Source: Bacteroidales bacterium (GTDB lineage Bacteria > Bacteroidota > Bacteroidia > Bacteroidales > VadinHA17). From it: 64,000 bases of DNA. Shown here piece by piece: positions 8,182 through 18,161 of the stretch. The first letter of the stretch is position 1, and the number at the start of each line of letters is the position of its first letter. The position numbers and the translations under genes were made by a program. Location: positions 69,709 through 133,708 of the forward strand of contig DAIOVL010000006.1 of assembly GCA_036759025.1 (NCBI GenBank). Reading direction: 5' to 3'. The notes under the pieces are model-generated. The model was not told the DNA's origin, did no database searches, and saw nothing but the letters and a program-made list of their open reading frames with translations.

Positions 8182-8944
8182 ATCCTCTGAACCGGGACAT
8201 GTGAACAATGAAAAGGTCCTTCCTGTTCCTCGAAACAGGGATCTGTTCTCCGTCCTGCATTTCTATATAGCCTCCCTCCTTTCTTACAAACTTCCTGACG
8301 TATTTAAGGTTTATAAGATGGGAATTATGTGAACGGAAAAAATTACGGTCACCCAGAAGGTCCTGGAATTCCTTGAGGTTTTTTGATACAAGCAGCTTGC
8401 GGTTTCCTGTAAGGTAAAACCATGAATAGCTCCTGTCGGCTTCAATCCTTATTATTTCCCTCGGGTTAAGGTATTCCATCCCGTCGGCAGTTGGTATTGC
8501 CAGACGACTGGGAACCGGTGACCTGAGGTTTTCCATCAGAACCCTGAAATTGTCATTCATCTGAACAGGCGACTCTGACCGCTTCTGAATCACCTTGTTA
8601 ACAGCTTCAATGAACTCAGTAATATTCAGGGGCTTAAGAATATAATCCACTGCACTGAATTTTATAGCTTTAATCGCATAATGGTTGAAAGCTGTGATGA
8701 ATATCACGTCAAATTCCTTGTCGGGAAAATGAGACAGAAGATCAAAACCCGTACCGTTGGGCATTTCGACATCAAGAAAAACCAGGTCGGGCTTCAATTC
8801 CCTTATTCTTTTTATACCCTCTGTCATATTATGGGCCTTACCCACCACTTCGAGACCAGGACAATACTCCCCTATCACGGAATTGATGAAATCCACTGCA
8901 TTGGGTTCATCATCAACGATCAGTGCTTTCAGCTTTTTGGTCAT
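8180..8944 (-). CDS. LytTR-family response regulator (REC + LytTR DNA-binding domain)
   Basis: The N-terminus ALIVDDEP...DLVFLDVEMP is a receiver domain. The C-terminus has a LytTR-like segment (IIRIEADRSYSWFYL...FFRSHNSHLINLKYV). Its ATG overlaps the kinase stop as ATGA. Confidence 0.85.
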   Translation of the reverse strand: MTKKLKALIVDDEPNAVDFINSVIGEYCPGLEVVGKAHNMTEGIKRIRELKPDLVFLDVEMPNGTGFDLLSHFPDKEFDVIFITAFNHYAIKAIKFSAVDYILKPLNITEFIEAVNKVIQKRSESPVQMNDNFRVLMENLRSPVPSRLAIPTADGMEYLNPREIIRIEADRSYSWFYLTGNRKLLVSKNLKEFQDLLGDRNFFRSHNSHLINLKYVRKFVRKEGGYIEMQDGEQIPVSRNRKDLFIVHMSRFRG

Positions 8945-10902
8945 GTCAATATGGGAATATGTAGTTCAACACGTGTTCCGACTGCTTCTCCCTCATTATT
9001 TTTGAGGTCGGTAAATATCGTTTCCAAACTGGTACCGTACATGGCATTCACAATATCGAGCCTCGAGGAGGTTATCCGTGTACCCAGTGAATTATGGTTC
9101 GTTTCTGTCTTCTTCTTTCTTTCCGTTGCAGCTTCGCGTCCTATTCCATTATCTTCAATAATACAAAGAATATGGTCTGGCTTGAGTTTCAGGTCGATAC
9201 TTACATAGCCCTTACCTTCCAGGGGTATAAGTCCGTGACAAATAGAATTTTCCACATAGGGTTGTATAAGCATTGTAGGAATCTTATACATCAGAGGGTC
9301 AATTTCTTCATCCACGGTGATCCTGTATTCAAATTTATCTTTAAATCTCAGGCATTCAAGATCAAGGTACAGTTTCAGAGCATCAAGTTCATCCTGAAGC
9401 GGTACCGAAGTATGCTGGGAGTTATCCAGAACCTTGCGCATCAGACTTGAGAACTTAGTCAGGTAGGTATTGGTTGCGAGCTTATCATGCTGATACATAT
9501 AGTATTGTATGGAGTTGAGGGTATTAAAAATGAAATGTGGGTTCATTTGCTGACGAAGGTTCGCCTGCGTTATTTCAGATATCTTATGGTTCATTTCACT
9601 TATCCGCCTCATCGCATTGATCCTTGAGCTCCTCAAAATGAGAAAGCCAATGACAAACAGCCCTACCACCAGGACTGAAAATGCGGCAATAAGTATCCTG
9701 TTGTTTTTAAGTCTTAATGAGAGCAGTGCAATCTCCTTGTTATGGGCATCAGCATCGTACCTGATTCTCGCTTCGGCCAGTCCGCGTATGTTTTCCCTGG
9801 TCAGAACTGAGTCGCTGAACTGCTTATGCAGCACAAAGGTTTTAAATGCCCTGGATGTATCGCTCCTGGACAGATAGAGATCCGTCATATCTTTATAGAC
9901 CCAGGAAAGAGAGTACCAGTCATCGATCATTTCTGCCTGCTGAAGAGATTTTTCATAGAACTGCAGAGCTCTGTAAGTGTCACCTTTGTCACGGTAAATA
10001 GTGCCAAGATTACCGTAGGCATTTGTTGAGACCCCCAGATGATTGTCAGGCAGACTTAGACTCAATGACTTCTTATAGTAGAACAAAGCGGAATCAAGCA
10101 TTTTTTCGCTATAGAAATTCCAACCAAGATTGGCCATTGCAAAAGACGCATAATATGTATTGCCGAAAGAAAGTGACAGGTTTATACATTTTCTGAGGAC
10201 TGAGTCAGCAGGACTGAAATCCCTGCCATCATCGACCAGGTAAGAGCCCAGCCGAAGTAGTCCCGAAACAGCTGTCAGTGTGTCATTTTCCAGTAATGAA
10301 ACCTCTATCATTTTTTCAAGGTTACGGGCATAAGCCTTCAAATCCCCTACACCATGAAATACCTGAGCCTGTCCGTCGTAACTTTTTTGTCTGACACCCC
10401 TGAGATTCATTTCTTCGGCAAGTGCAATGCTCTTATTGTAATACTCTATGCTCTCCTGGAAGAAGCCGGTTCTCTGGTAATATCTTCCAAGGAATAGAAG
10501 AGCGCGAGCCTGAAGATTATAGTTGCCTTCAATAGCTGCTTTACGCTCAGCCAGAGAAGCCTCGGTCTCAGAGGTTGAGAAATCGCTTTTCGCATACAAC
10601 AGTTCAGCTCTGAGCAAATGAAACAAAGGAGGGAAATCGAATTCATATCTTTCGCAGACAAGGCTTGCGGTATCGAGGTAAGCCATTGCATCTTCAAGAG
10701 CATTACCTTTTTTCGATGCCAGGCTCTTAAAGCCCTGCCTGACGTAATAATTTACCCATGCAGTATCAGGTTTGCCGCTATTGTTCAGTCTGCTTGTTTC
10801 CTTAATATGGAAATCCCTGCCTGCTTTATTTATATCAGTACATCCTGCAACAATGATATAGAATGTACCGAATAAAATCAATATTTTACTAAATCCCGAC
10901 AT
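8941..10902 (-). CDS. sensor histidine kinase, LytS/PF06580 type, with N-terminal TPR-like sensor region
   Basis: QMNPHFIFNTLNSIQYYM is the signature of the 'histidine kinase internal region', followed by an HATPase segment (IEDNGIG). The upstream half has TPR-like repeats (YGNLGTIYRDKGDTYRALQFYEKSL). The ORF-track start at 10920 is TTG, and the first ATG is at 10902. Confidence 0.8.
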   Translation of the reverse strand: MSGFSKILILFGTFYIIVAGCTDINKAGRDFHIKETSRLNNSGKPDTAWVNYYVRQGFKSLASKKGNALEDAMAYLDTASLVCERYEFDFPPLFHLLRAELLYAKSDFSTSETEASLAERKAAIEGNYNLQARALLFLGRYYQRTGFFQESIEYYNKSIALAEEMNLRGVRQKSYDGQAQVFHGVGDLKAYARNLEKMIEVSLLENDTLTAVSGLLRLGSYLVDDGRDFSPADSVLRKCINLSLSFGNTYYASFAMANLGWNFYSEKMLDSALFYYKKSLSLSLPDNHLGVSTNAYGNLGTIYRDKGDTYRALQFYEKSLQQAEMIDDWYSLSWVYKDMTDLYLSRSDTSRAFKTFVLHKQFSDSVLTRENIRGLAEARIRYDADAHNKEIALLSLRLKNNRILIAAFSVLVVGLFVIGFLILRSSRINAMRRISEMNHKISEITQANLRQQMNPHFIFNTLNSIQYYMYQHDKLATNTYLTKFSSLMRKVLDNSQHTSVPLQDELDALKLYLDLECLRFKDKFEYRITVDEEIDPLMYKIPTMLIQPYVENSICHGLIPLEGKGYVSIDLKLKPDHILCIIEDNGIGREAATERKKKTETNHNSLGTRITSSRLDIVNAMYGTSLETIFTDLKNNEGEAVGTRVELHIPILT

Positions 10903-11083
10903 AATTAAATCCTCCGGCAACCGGTAAACACTTAATCAGAAAACATTTTCACCACTAAACAACAATCAGGATGGTTCACGTTCTAAAAATAGAATGCTGT
11001 TCAATATTTCTGTCAGTTCATTTGACACATTGCCGGTATGAGTTTACGGATAACCGTTAAAGGTACATATCCTTAATAAGTTA

Positions 11084-11758
11084 TTACAGAGCGGAGCAAT
11101 GTTCTACAAGTCTTTTCAGGTCGCCCGGTCTGTCGATCTTGATCCTGTTTTGCCTGATAAAATTTTTTATTTCCGAACTCTTATCTGGAAAGATGGCCAG
11201 GAATTGCTTTTCATTGATAAAATCATGCCACGTGGCATTAATTCTGATCCAGTAAACGGGAGCGGGATTAACAATGTAGTCTGATGGCAGTGTCAGATTA
11301 TACTGAAGTCCTGATAATTCGATGTTTGAAATATAGGTGGCAGATGCGGTTTGAGAGGTACCACCGTAACCTACTGTCTTACCAGCCGACATCAGAGAAC
11401 CTTTGTGCTGAATATATAACGCAACAGGTTCATTTACAACAACCTCATAGAAAGCTTTTCCTACAGGAACGAATTTTCTATCATTGAGATAAATAGTATC
11501 GGCAGCTTCAGGGTTGGTCATGTCATAATACTTTTCGTTATTGACAAAGACCATTTTTTCAGTCACTGTGTTATAGTTCATTACTGCTGTATTGACAGTG
11601 CCTGTCTTCATCAGAACATTACATTTTGTAAAGGACGGGAAGAGATACTGAGGCATTTCGCCCTTGCTTGTAGCCTGACCTACAAGTGAAGCAGGCATGC
11701 AGCAGGCAGCTGCTAATAAGAATGCTGATGTAATTTTCTTAAAACCAGTTCTTTTCAT
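11084..11758 (-). CDS. hypothetical exported protein
   Basis: The ORF-track start at 11785 is TTG. The ATG at 11758 gives MKRTGFKKITSAFLLAAACCMPASLVGQ. It lies 19 nt downstream of the glycosidase-like gene on the same strand. Confidence 0.5.
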   Translation of the reverse strand: MKRTGFKKITSAFLLAAACCMPASLVGQATSKGEMPQYLFPSFTKCNVLMKTGTVNTAVMNYNTVTEKMVFVNNEKYYDMTNPEAADTIYLNDRKFVPVGKAFYEVVVNEPVALYIQHKGSLMSAGKTVGYGGTSQTASATYISNIELSGLQYNLTLPSDYIVNPAPVYWIRINATWHDFINEKQFLAIFPDKSSEIKNFIRQNRIKIDRPGDLKRLVEHCSAL

Positions 11759-11777
11759 ATCTAAGTATATTTTTTGA

Positions 11778-13904
11778 TCATTCAACGTACCTGTAAAGGT
11801 TTTCCCATTTCACTTTCCACTTTCCGTTATGGGGAAACTGATCCTGAACACACATTTTTGCCACAGCGGTAAGCAGTCCTCCATTTCCCGGCAAATATAA
11901 TGCCAGTCGTGCATCCTGGTAGTTATGGCCGTTAAGGAGATACCTGTTCTTTGGAGCATCCATGAGCAGAAAATCAAGTGCCTGTTCTCCCCTTCCTATT
12001 GATGCTGCCGACATTGCCAGCATCGGGAAATCCCAGCCCCATGTCGAAGGCCAGTTCCAGACGTTCATAATTGTATCGAGGGAATTTGCAAGAATCCCGT
12101 CATTTACCAGAGGAGTCGCAGGCATCACACCCTTGACGCCTGACACTATCGGATGATCGCTCATATAACGAGGGTTTCTATAGGAGTCCTTGGTATCTTC
12201 CGAACAAAGGTAAATTCCGTTCTGCACTGCCAGGGAGGATATTTTCTTTACTACGTCTGCCCACAGAGGATCAGGCTTTTCACCGAGTCTTTTCTTCCAT
12301 TCCACTGCAGTTTTGAGTCCCCAGTACCAGTACACAGTTTCAAAAGCCGGATTTATTGTAGTTTCCTTATTAAGGCTTTCCTGTGCGGGAATCAGAACAG
12401 GACCAAGAATGTAGCGGTCATTCCCGGCATCGTACCATGCATAGGAGGCCATAAAATCAGCTGTTTCAAATACGATCTCCCTGTAGCGCTTCAGGATTTC
12501 ATCCTTGTCTGTAGCGTTGAGATACAGCAACTCTGCAAAGAATATCGGATGAGGCTGCTGCCAGATAAGATATGGACCTACTGAACTTGGGCTCTCATTC
12601 CCTTCCGGGTCTGTCATCTTGGGCCATCTCACCCCCTTGTATCCCTGATGATGAGCTGTCTTCGCCGCATTATCCATTATGGCCGAATAGTATGACATCT
12701 GTTTCTCAAGTATTTCTCCCTGTTGCCAAAGTGCGAAATGCGCAGCATGCCACCAGTGCATTTCAAGGTGGAACTTACCGAACCAGCTGTTGTATGTAAG
12801 ACCCGTTTCTGCAGGTGGCAACGATCCGCTGCACTGAATTTTTGTAAGATACCTTGAGAGGATGACTCTTCGTTCAAGTTCAAACGCCCTTGGATCGGAG
12901 CATTCTCCAAAGTCAACAGCTCCTCCGTCAAGCCAGAATGCTTCCCAGCTTTTTTCGGATGCTTCCAGCACTAAAGGGAAAGCTTCAGGCTCAGCCTCTA
13001 TCATCGTCTTGCTGAAAAGACATGAAAACTCGAATACGGAGCTCTTTTTATCTGGTTCTACTATAAAATGGTGCTTCTCAGCTTCCTTCAGCACCGAGTT
13101 GCCATGAAGCAGCAAGACATAGTATTTATCTTCATCCTGCTGTCTTTCAAAGAGGGTCTGTCCGGGTTTCTGCCATAGAATCCGGGTTTGATGCTTTCCA
13201 GGGTCGCCCGGACCGAAGCCCGCCCATAAGGGCAGTCCCGGCCAGAATGTAAGCTTAAGTCCCAGCCTTCCTTCGGGTATCAGTCCGGATTCAACTCTTG
13301 CCGATATCAGATCTTTCTCAGGGTGGCACACGGTGGTCACTCTCACCGGTGTTCCCTCAAACAGGAAACTGCTTTCCAGGATCCCAGAAGCAATGGAAAG
13401 AGTCTGCTCAATGGCTGAAATATCTTTAACAGAAGCTTCTTTTCCGTCCTTTCTGATAAGGTTCAGTCCAGCAATGCCGAGGTGTATCTTGTGAGGATTA
13501 GCCCTTAACCATTCAGTGGCAGGCCCTCTTCTGGGAAGGTCTCCTGCCCTGAACTGGTGAACATAATCAACATTTCTTCCGTGAACATCATAGCTTCTGT
13601 AAACATCTGTCAGATTATAATTTTCAGGATTCTTTTCAGAATGCCATCCCCAGTTTGACATTGTTCCCAGAGGAATGCCGCGTGCGTATACCTCAGGGAA
13701 GGTCTGAAGCCCTGTAATGTCGGCAGTAAAGGCGAATTCGCCATTGCCGACGGAAAGTGAATTAAGGCTGTCGGCTGTCGTATTTTTGATATTATGCCGG
13801 TTTACCACTGCAAGCCTGTCGATCGGCACTGTATGCTTCTGAGTACATGAAATCAGAAGGACAAGGAGTATCAGAGCAGAGATGAATTTAAAGTCTATTT
13901 TCAT
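11778..13904 (-). CDS. putative glycoside-hydrolase-like lipoprotein (six-hairpin type, family not assignable by eye)
   Basis: 708-aa ORF with a lipoprotein signal LLVLLISCTQ. The N-terminal SVGNGEFAFTADITG resembles the beta-sandwich start of GH65/GH95-like enzymes. The Trp/His-rich core contains FHLEMHWWHAAHFALWQ. The family assignment is uncertain. Confidence 0.45.
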   Translation of the reverse strand: MKIDFKFISALILLVLLISCTQKHTVPIDRLAVVNRHNIKNTTADSLNSLSVGNGEFAFTADITGLQTFPEVYARGIPLGTMSNWGWHSEKNPENYNLTDVYRSYDVHGRNVDYVHQFRAGDLPRRGPATEWLRANPHKIHLGIAGLNLIRKDGKEASVKDISAIEQTLSIASGILESSFLFEGTPVRVTTVCHPEKDLISARVESGLIPEGRLGLKLTFWPGLPLWAGFGPGDPGKHQTRILWQKPGQTLFERQQDEDKYYVLLLHGNSVLKEAEKHHFIVEPDKKSSVFEFSCLFSKTMIEAEPEAFPLVLEASEKSWEAFWLDGGAVDFGECSDPRAFELERRVILSRYLTKIQCSGSLPPAETGLTYNSWFGKFHLEMHWWHAAHFALWQQGEILEKQMSYYSAIMDNAAKTAHHQGYKGVRWPKMTDPEGNESPSSVGPYLIWQQPHPIFFAELLYLNATDKDEILKRYREIVFETADFMASYAWYDAGNDRYILGPVLIPAQESLNKETTINPAFETVYWYWGLKTAVEWKKRLGEKPDPLWADVVKKISSLAVQNGIYLCSEDTKDSYRNPRYMSDHPIVSGVKGVMPATPLVNDGILANSLDTIMNVWNWPSTWGWDFPMLAMSAASIGRGEQALDFLLMDAPKNRYLLNGHNYQDARLALYLPGNGGLLTAVAKMCVQDQFPHNGKWKVKWENLYRYVE

Positions 13905-13993
13905 TTTCAGGATTTAAGGATTTAAAGATATAGCTTTTGTGAGTAATTAATACAAACGGCAAATCAAATCTGAATAATCGGCCTTAAAGGGTA

Positions 13994-14023
13994 TTGTTTA
14001 AGAAAGTAATAAGAGTATTTTTG
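13994..14023 (+). promoter_or_regulatory. candidate promoter (partial -33 TTG, -7 TATTTTTG)
   Basis: TATTTTTG at 14016-14023 matches TAnnTTTG. ATTG ends 19 nt upstream of it. The box ends 34 nt before the ATG at 14058. Confidence 0.35.
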
Positions 14024-14057
14024 GAAGCTTAATTGCCAATCAGAGCAGAACCACAGC

Positions 14058-15170
14058 ATGGATACGGAAATTACGATCATCGGAGCCGGAGTAATCGGAC
14101 TTGCGATTGCAGAGAAGATATCAGAAGAATACAATGACGTATTTGTAATTGAAAGGCACAATACATTCGGGCAGGAGACCAGCAGCAGGAACAGTGAAGT
14201 TATACATGCAGGTATATACTACCCCCGGGGCAGCCTTAAAGCCAGGCTTTGTGTGGAAGGAAGGGACCTTCTATACAGATACTGCAGGGAGCACGATATC
14301 CCATTCAATAATTGCGGAAAGCTGATTGTTGCCACTTCTGAACCTGAGATTGAAGTGATTGAGGAAATACAAAAGACAGCAGCCGGCAACGGAGTGGAAC
14401 TGGAAAGTATAAGTGTTTCCCGTATCAGAGAGCTGGAACCCGAAATTTTTGCTCTCGGGGCTTTATGGTCTCCGCTGACAGGAATTATTGACACCCATGC
14501 GCTGATGAAATGTTTTGAATCAGGCACATTGAGCAGAGGAGGACAGATAGTTTACGGCAGCGAGGTAAAAAGTATAAAAAAGAAAGAAAAGGGATATGAG
14601 CTGACAATTCTTGATGCTGACGGACAGTATTTTACATTCAGCTCCCGGATAGTAATAAATTCGGCTGGTCTTTCGTCGGACAAACTATCGGAAATGGCAG
14701 GTATGGTTGACGAAAATCTTAAGATCCGTTTTTGCAAAGGAGAATATTTCGGGATCAGACCTCCAAAAAACAGGCTTTTAAAGAGGCTTGTCTATCCTGT
14801 TCCATACAGGAACCTGGAGGGAATAGGAATTCACGTTACCATCGACATGGGTGGCAGAGCAAGACTGGGGCCCGATGTAACATATCTTGAAACAAATGAA
14901 TATGATTACAGGGTAGACTCTGATAAGCTGGATGCCTTTTTCATGTCAGCCCGGAAATTCCTTCCTTTTCTGGAACCATCTGATCTGTATCCCGAAATGG
15001 CCGGGATAAGGCCGAAAATTCAGAGGCACGGTGAAGCTGTCAGGGACTTTTATATCATGGAAGAAACAGGCAGAGGCTGCCCGGGATTCATTAACCTTAT
15101 AGGCATGGAATCGCCGGGACTGACATCCTGCCTGGCAATAGCAAATCATGTTCTGACACTTATCAGGTAA
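14058..15170 (+). CDS. FAD-dependent oxidoreductase (L-2-hydroxyglutarate oxidase/DAO family-like)
   Basis: The N-terminal dinucleotide fold ITIIGAGVIGLAIAEKI is followed by ETSSRNSEVIHAGIYY, typical of the LhgO-like subgroup. 370 aa. Confidence 0.75.
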   Translation: MDTEITIIGAGVIGLAIAEKISEEYNDVFVIERHNTFGQETSSRNSEVIHAGIYYPRGSLKARLCVEGRDLLYRYCREHDIPFNNCGKLIVATSEPEIEVIEEIQKTAAGNGVELESISVSRIRELEPEIFALGALWSPLTGIIDTHALMKCFESGTLSRGGQIVYGSEVKSIKKKEKGYELTILDADGQYFTFSSRIVINSAGLSSDKLSEMAGMVDENLKIRFCKGEYFGIRPPKNRLLKRLVYPVPYRNLEGIGIHVTIDMGGRARLGPDVTYLETNEYDYRVDSDKLDAFFMSARKFLPFLEPSDLYPEMAGIRPKIQRHGEAVRDFYIMEETGRGCPGFINLIGMESPGLTSCLAIANHVLTLIR

Positions 15171-15221
15171 TCGGAAAAAAGAATTACTTTTAATCCCGGA
15201 ATATTAAAAACGAAGGTTCAA

Positions 15222-16052
15222 ATGAAAAAGGTAAATGCAATCCGTTGTTTTTTTCTTCTGGTGATCTTTCAGGTATTACCAGGTCTGGGCTACAGCCAGT
15301 CAGAACCAGGGTATGTTCCTGAAGTCGGACAGCAGGGAAAAGATGTGGTATGGGTTCCCACACCCGACGAACTTGTTGATCTGATGCTTAAAACAGCCAA
15401 AGTGACAGCTAAGGATTATGTGGTTGACCTTGGATCGGGCGACGGAAGGACGGTCATCGCTGCTGCAAAGCTCGGAGCCAGGGCTGAAGGTGTGGAATAC
15501 AATCCTGACATGGTAGTGCTTTCCAAAAGAAATGCGGAACGTGAAGGAGTAGCTGACAGGGTATCATTCGTTGAAGCGGATCTTTATGAATATGATCTGT
15601 CTAAAGCCACAGTAATAACGATGTTCCTGCTTCCTGAAATAAACCTTAAGCTCAGACCCAGGCTGCTTGAACTAAAACCCGGTACCCGGGTGGTTTCAAA
15701 CACCTTTACTATGGGAGAATGGAGCCCCGATTTTGAAGTGACCACAGAAGAGAACTGGAACAGCTGGAATACTGCTCTTATGTGGATTGTGCCTGCAAAA
15801 GTGGAAGGTTCCTGGCAAATTGGAGCCGACAAGCTGTCACTCACACAGGAATACCAGATGATATACGGGTCCTATATTACGGGAGATCAGATCGTTCAGA
15901 TAACCGACGGACGTCTCAGTGGAAACGATATTACCTTCAGGGTTAATGGGAACCTCTATACCGGTAAGATTGAAGGTTCAGCGATGACTGGTGAATTATA
16001 TCAGGGATCGGTGAAAAAAAGCTGGAACGCAACACGGTCAGATCAACCCTGA
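15222..16052 (+). CDS. class I SAM-dependent methyltransferase-fold protein with N-terminal signal/anchor
   Basis: Motif I VVDLGSGDGRTVIAAAKLG. The N-terminus MKKVNAIRCFFLLVIFQVLPGLGYSQ looks like a cleavable signal peptide. Confidence 0.65.
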   Translation: MKKVNAIRCFFLLVIFQVLPGLGYSQSEPGYVPEVGQQGKDVVWVPTPDELVDLMLKTAKVTAKDYVVDLGSGDGRTVIAAAKLGARAEGVEYNPDMVVLSKRNAEREGVADRVSFVEADLYEYDLSKATVITMFLLPEINLKLRPRLLELKPGTRVVSNTFTMGEWSPDFEVTTEENWNSWNTALMWIVPAKVEGSWQIGADKLSLTQEYQMIYGSYITGDQIVQITDGRLSGNDITFRVNGNLYTGKIEGSAMTGELYQGSVKKSWNATRSDQP

Positions 16053-16054
16053 TA

Positions 16055-18073
16055 TCAGTGTGACCGGGACTTTTGAAGTTTCTTTAATTCTGCCATCTCA
16101 TCTCTCAGTCTTGCCGCTTCAGGGAAATTCAGTTCAGAAGCGGCTTTTTCCATGTTCTTCCTGGCCTTCTCGATAGCTTTTTCAAGAGCTTCGCTGTTCA
16201 TATATTTTATAACAGGGTCAGCAGCAATATCCGGCCGTTCTGGCTCGATATATGCCTTTACCGACACTCCCTTGCCGGTAAGGCCGGTAAGCACCGATCC
16301 CTTTTTCCTGTAAATCTGGGCCGGGGTTATCCCCATCGCTTCATTATATTTCAGTTGTTTTTCACGACGACGGTTGGTCTCATCAATAGTTTCCTGCATG
16401 CTCCGGGTTATTGTATCGGCATACATTATTACTTTCCCGTTCAGGTTGCGGGCTGCCCTTCCGGCTGTCTGGGTAAGTGATCGCGCCGATCGCAGAAATC
16501 CTTCCTTGTCTGCATCAAGTATTGCTACCAGAGACACTTCGGGCAGATCGAGACCTTCCCTCAGAAGATTTACACCAACCAGAACGTCGAAAGCTCCCGA
16601 TCTGAGCCCCTCCATTATTTCGATACGTTCAATCGTGTCGATGTCGGAATGAATATAACGGCATTTAATATCGAATCTTAAAAAATACGAGCTTAGTTCC
16701 TCTGCCATCCTTTTGGTAATTGTAGTTACCAGAGTTCTTTCTCCTGCTCCGGCCCTCTCCCTGATCTCATCCATCAGGTCGGCGATCTGGTTAAGTGTAG
16801 GCCTTACGTCAACAGGAGGGTCAAGAAGCCCTGTAGGACGAAGAACCTGATCTACAAATACTCCCTCACTTTTTTCAAGTTCATAATCGGCAGGTGTGGC
16901 ACTGACATAGATTACCTGACCGGTAAGGGTCTCAAATTCCTCTATGCGCAGCGGCCTGTTGTCGAGAGCTGCGGGGAGTCGGAATCCGTATTCCACAAGT
17001 GTCTGTTTTCTTGAGTGATCACCTCCATACATACCTCTTATCTGGGGGATACTGACATGACTCTCGTCGATAATGGTGATGAAATCATCAGGGAAATAGT
17101 CCAGAAGGCAGAAAGGTCTGGTGCCTGCATCGCGTCCGTCAAAGTATCGTGAATAATTCTCAATCCCGCTGCAGTAACCAAGTTCCCTGATCATCTCCAG
17201 GTCGTAAGATACTCTCTGTTCGAGTCGCTTTGCTTCATCAGTCTTTCCTATATCCCTGAAATAGGTGACCTGCCTGACCATATCATCCTGTATCCGGCTC
17301 ATTGCCTCGTTAATCCTTTCGCGGGTGGTAACAAAAATATTTGCCGGGTAAATCGTGTATTCGCTCACCGACTCTATTCTTTGTCCGTTATCCGGATAAA
17401 AAGTGCTTATCTCTTCAACTTCATCGCCAAAAAATACCACTCTTACACCAATATCTGCATAGGCTGGAAATACGTCGATGGTATCTCCTCTTACCCTGAA
17501 CGTTCCATGTTTGAATTCCAGGTCATTCCGGGAATAAAGACTGTCGACCAGTTTCCGGAGAAAATAGTTCCTTGCCATACACTGTCCCTTTAAAACCTGC
17601 ACAGTGCCTGAATGAAAATCATCAGGATTCCCGATTCCATACAGGCATGACACCGATGATACGACAATTACATCCTTTCTTCCAGACAGAAGGGACGATG
17701 ATGCGCTAAGCCTCAGCTTTTCAATATCTTCATTTATTGAAAGGTCTTTCTCAATATATGTATCGGAGACAGGAAGGTATGCTTCCGGCTGATAATAATC
17801 ATAGTATGAAACAAAATACTCCACTGCATTTTCAGGAAAAAACTGTCTGAATTCACCGTATAGCTGAGCTGCAAGTGTTTTATTATGGCTTAATACAAGA
17901 GCCGGACGGTTGACTTTTTCGATTACATTGGCTATTGTGAAGGTCTTTCCTGAACCGGTTACTCCCAATAATGTCTGGTATGGAATTCCATCATTCAGAC
18001 CTTTAACCAGTTGTTCAATTGCTTCCGGCTGGTCGCCGGTAGGAACAAAATCCGAAATAAGTCTGAAATCCAT
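16055..18073 (-). CDS. uvrB: excinuclease ABC subunit B
   Basis: 672 aa with Walker A GVTGSGKTFT, helicase motifs, and a C-terminal UVR domain (EAARLRDEMAELKK). Confidence 0.97.
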   Translation of the reverse strand: MDFRLISDFVPTGDQPEAIEQLVKGLNDGIPYQTLLGVTGSGKTFTIANVIEKVNRPALVLSHNKTLAAQLYGEFRQFFPENAVEYFVSYYDYYQPEAYLPVSDTYIEKDLSINEDIEKLRLSASSSLLSGRKDVIVVSSVSCLYGIGNPDDFHSGTVQVLKGQCMARNYFLRKLVDSLYSRNDLEFKHGTFRVRGDTIDVFPAYADIGVRVVFFGDEVEEISTFYPDNGQRIESVSEYTIYPANIFVTTRERINEAMSRIQDDMVRQVTYFRDIGKTDEAKRLEQRVSYDLEMIRELGYCSGIENYSRYFDGRDAGTRPFCLLDYFPDDFITIIDESHVSIPQIRGMYGGDHSRKQTLVEYGFRLPAALDNRPLRIEEFETLTGQVIYVSATPADYELEKSEGVFVDQVLRPTGLLDPPVDVRPTLNQIADLMDEIRERAGAGERTLVTTITKRMAEELSSYFLRFDIKCRYIHSDIDTIERIEIMEGLRSGAFDVLVGVNLLREGLDLPEVSLVAILDADKEGFLRSARSLTQTAGRAARNLNGKVIMYADTITRSMQETIDETNRRREKQLKYNEAMGITPAQIYRKKGSVLTGLTGKGVSVKAYIEPERPDIAADPVIKYMNSEALEKAIEKARKNMEKAASELNFPEAARLRDEMAELKKLQKSRSH

Positions 18074-18161
18074 TGTTTAGGAAAAATGAAACTTTTTAAT
18101 ACTGATTTTTCTTTAAAATCTCAAAAATAGCTTTCTTTTGTGAATTATCAGGTTTCTGACT

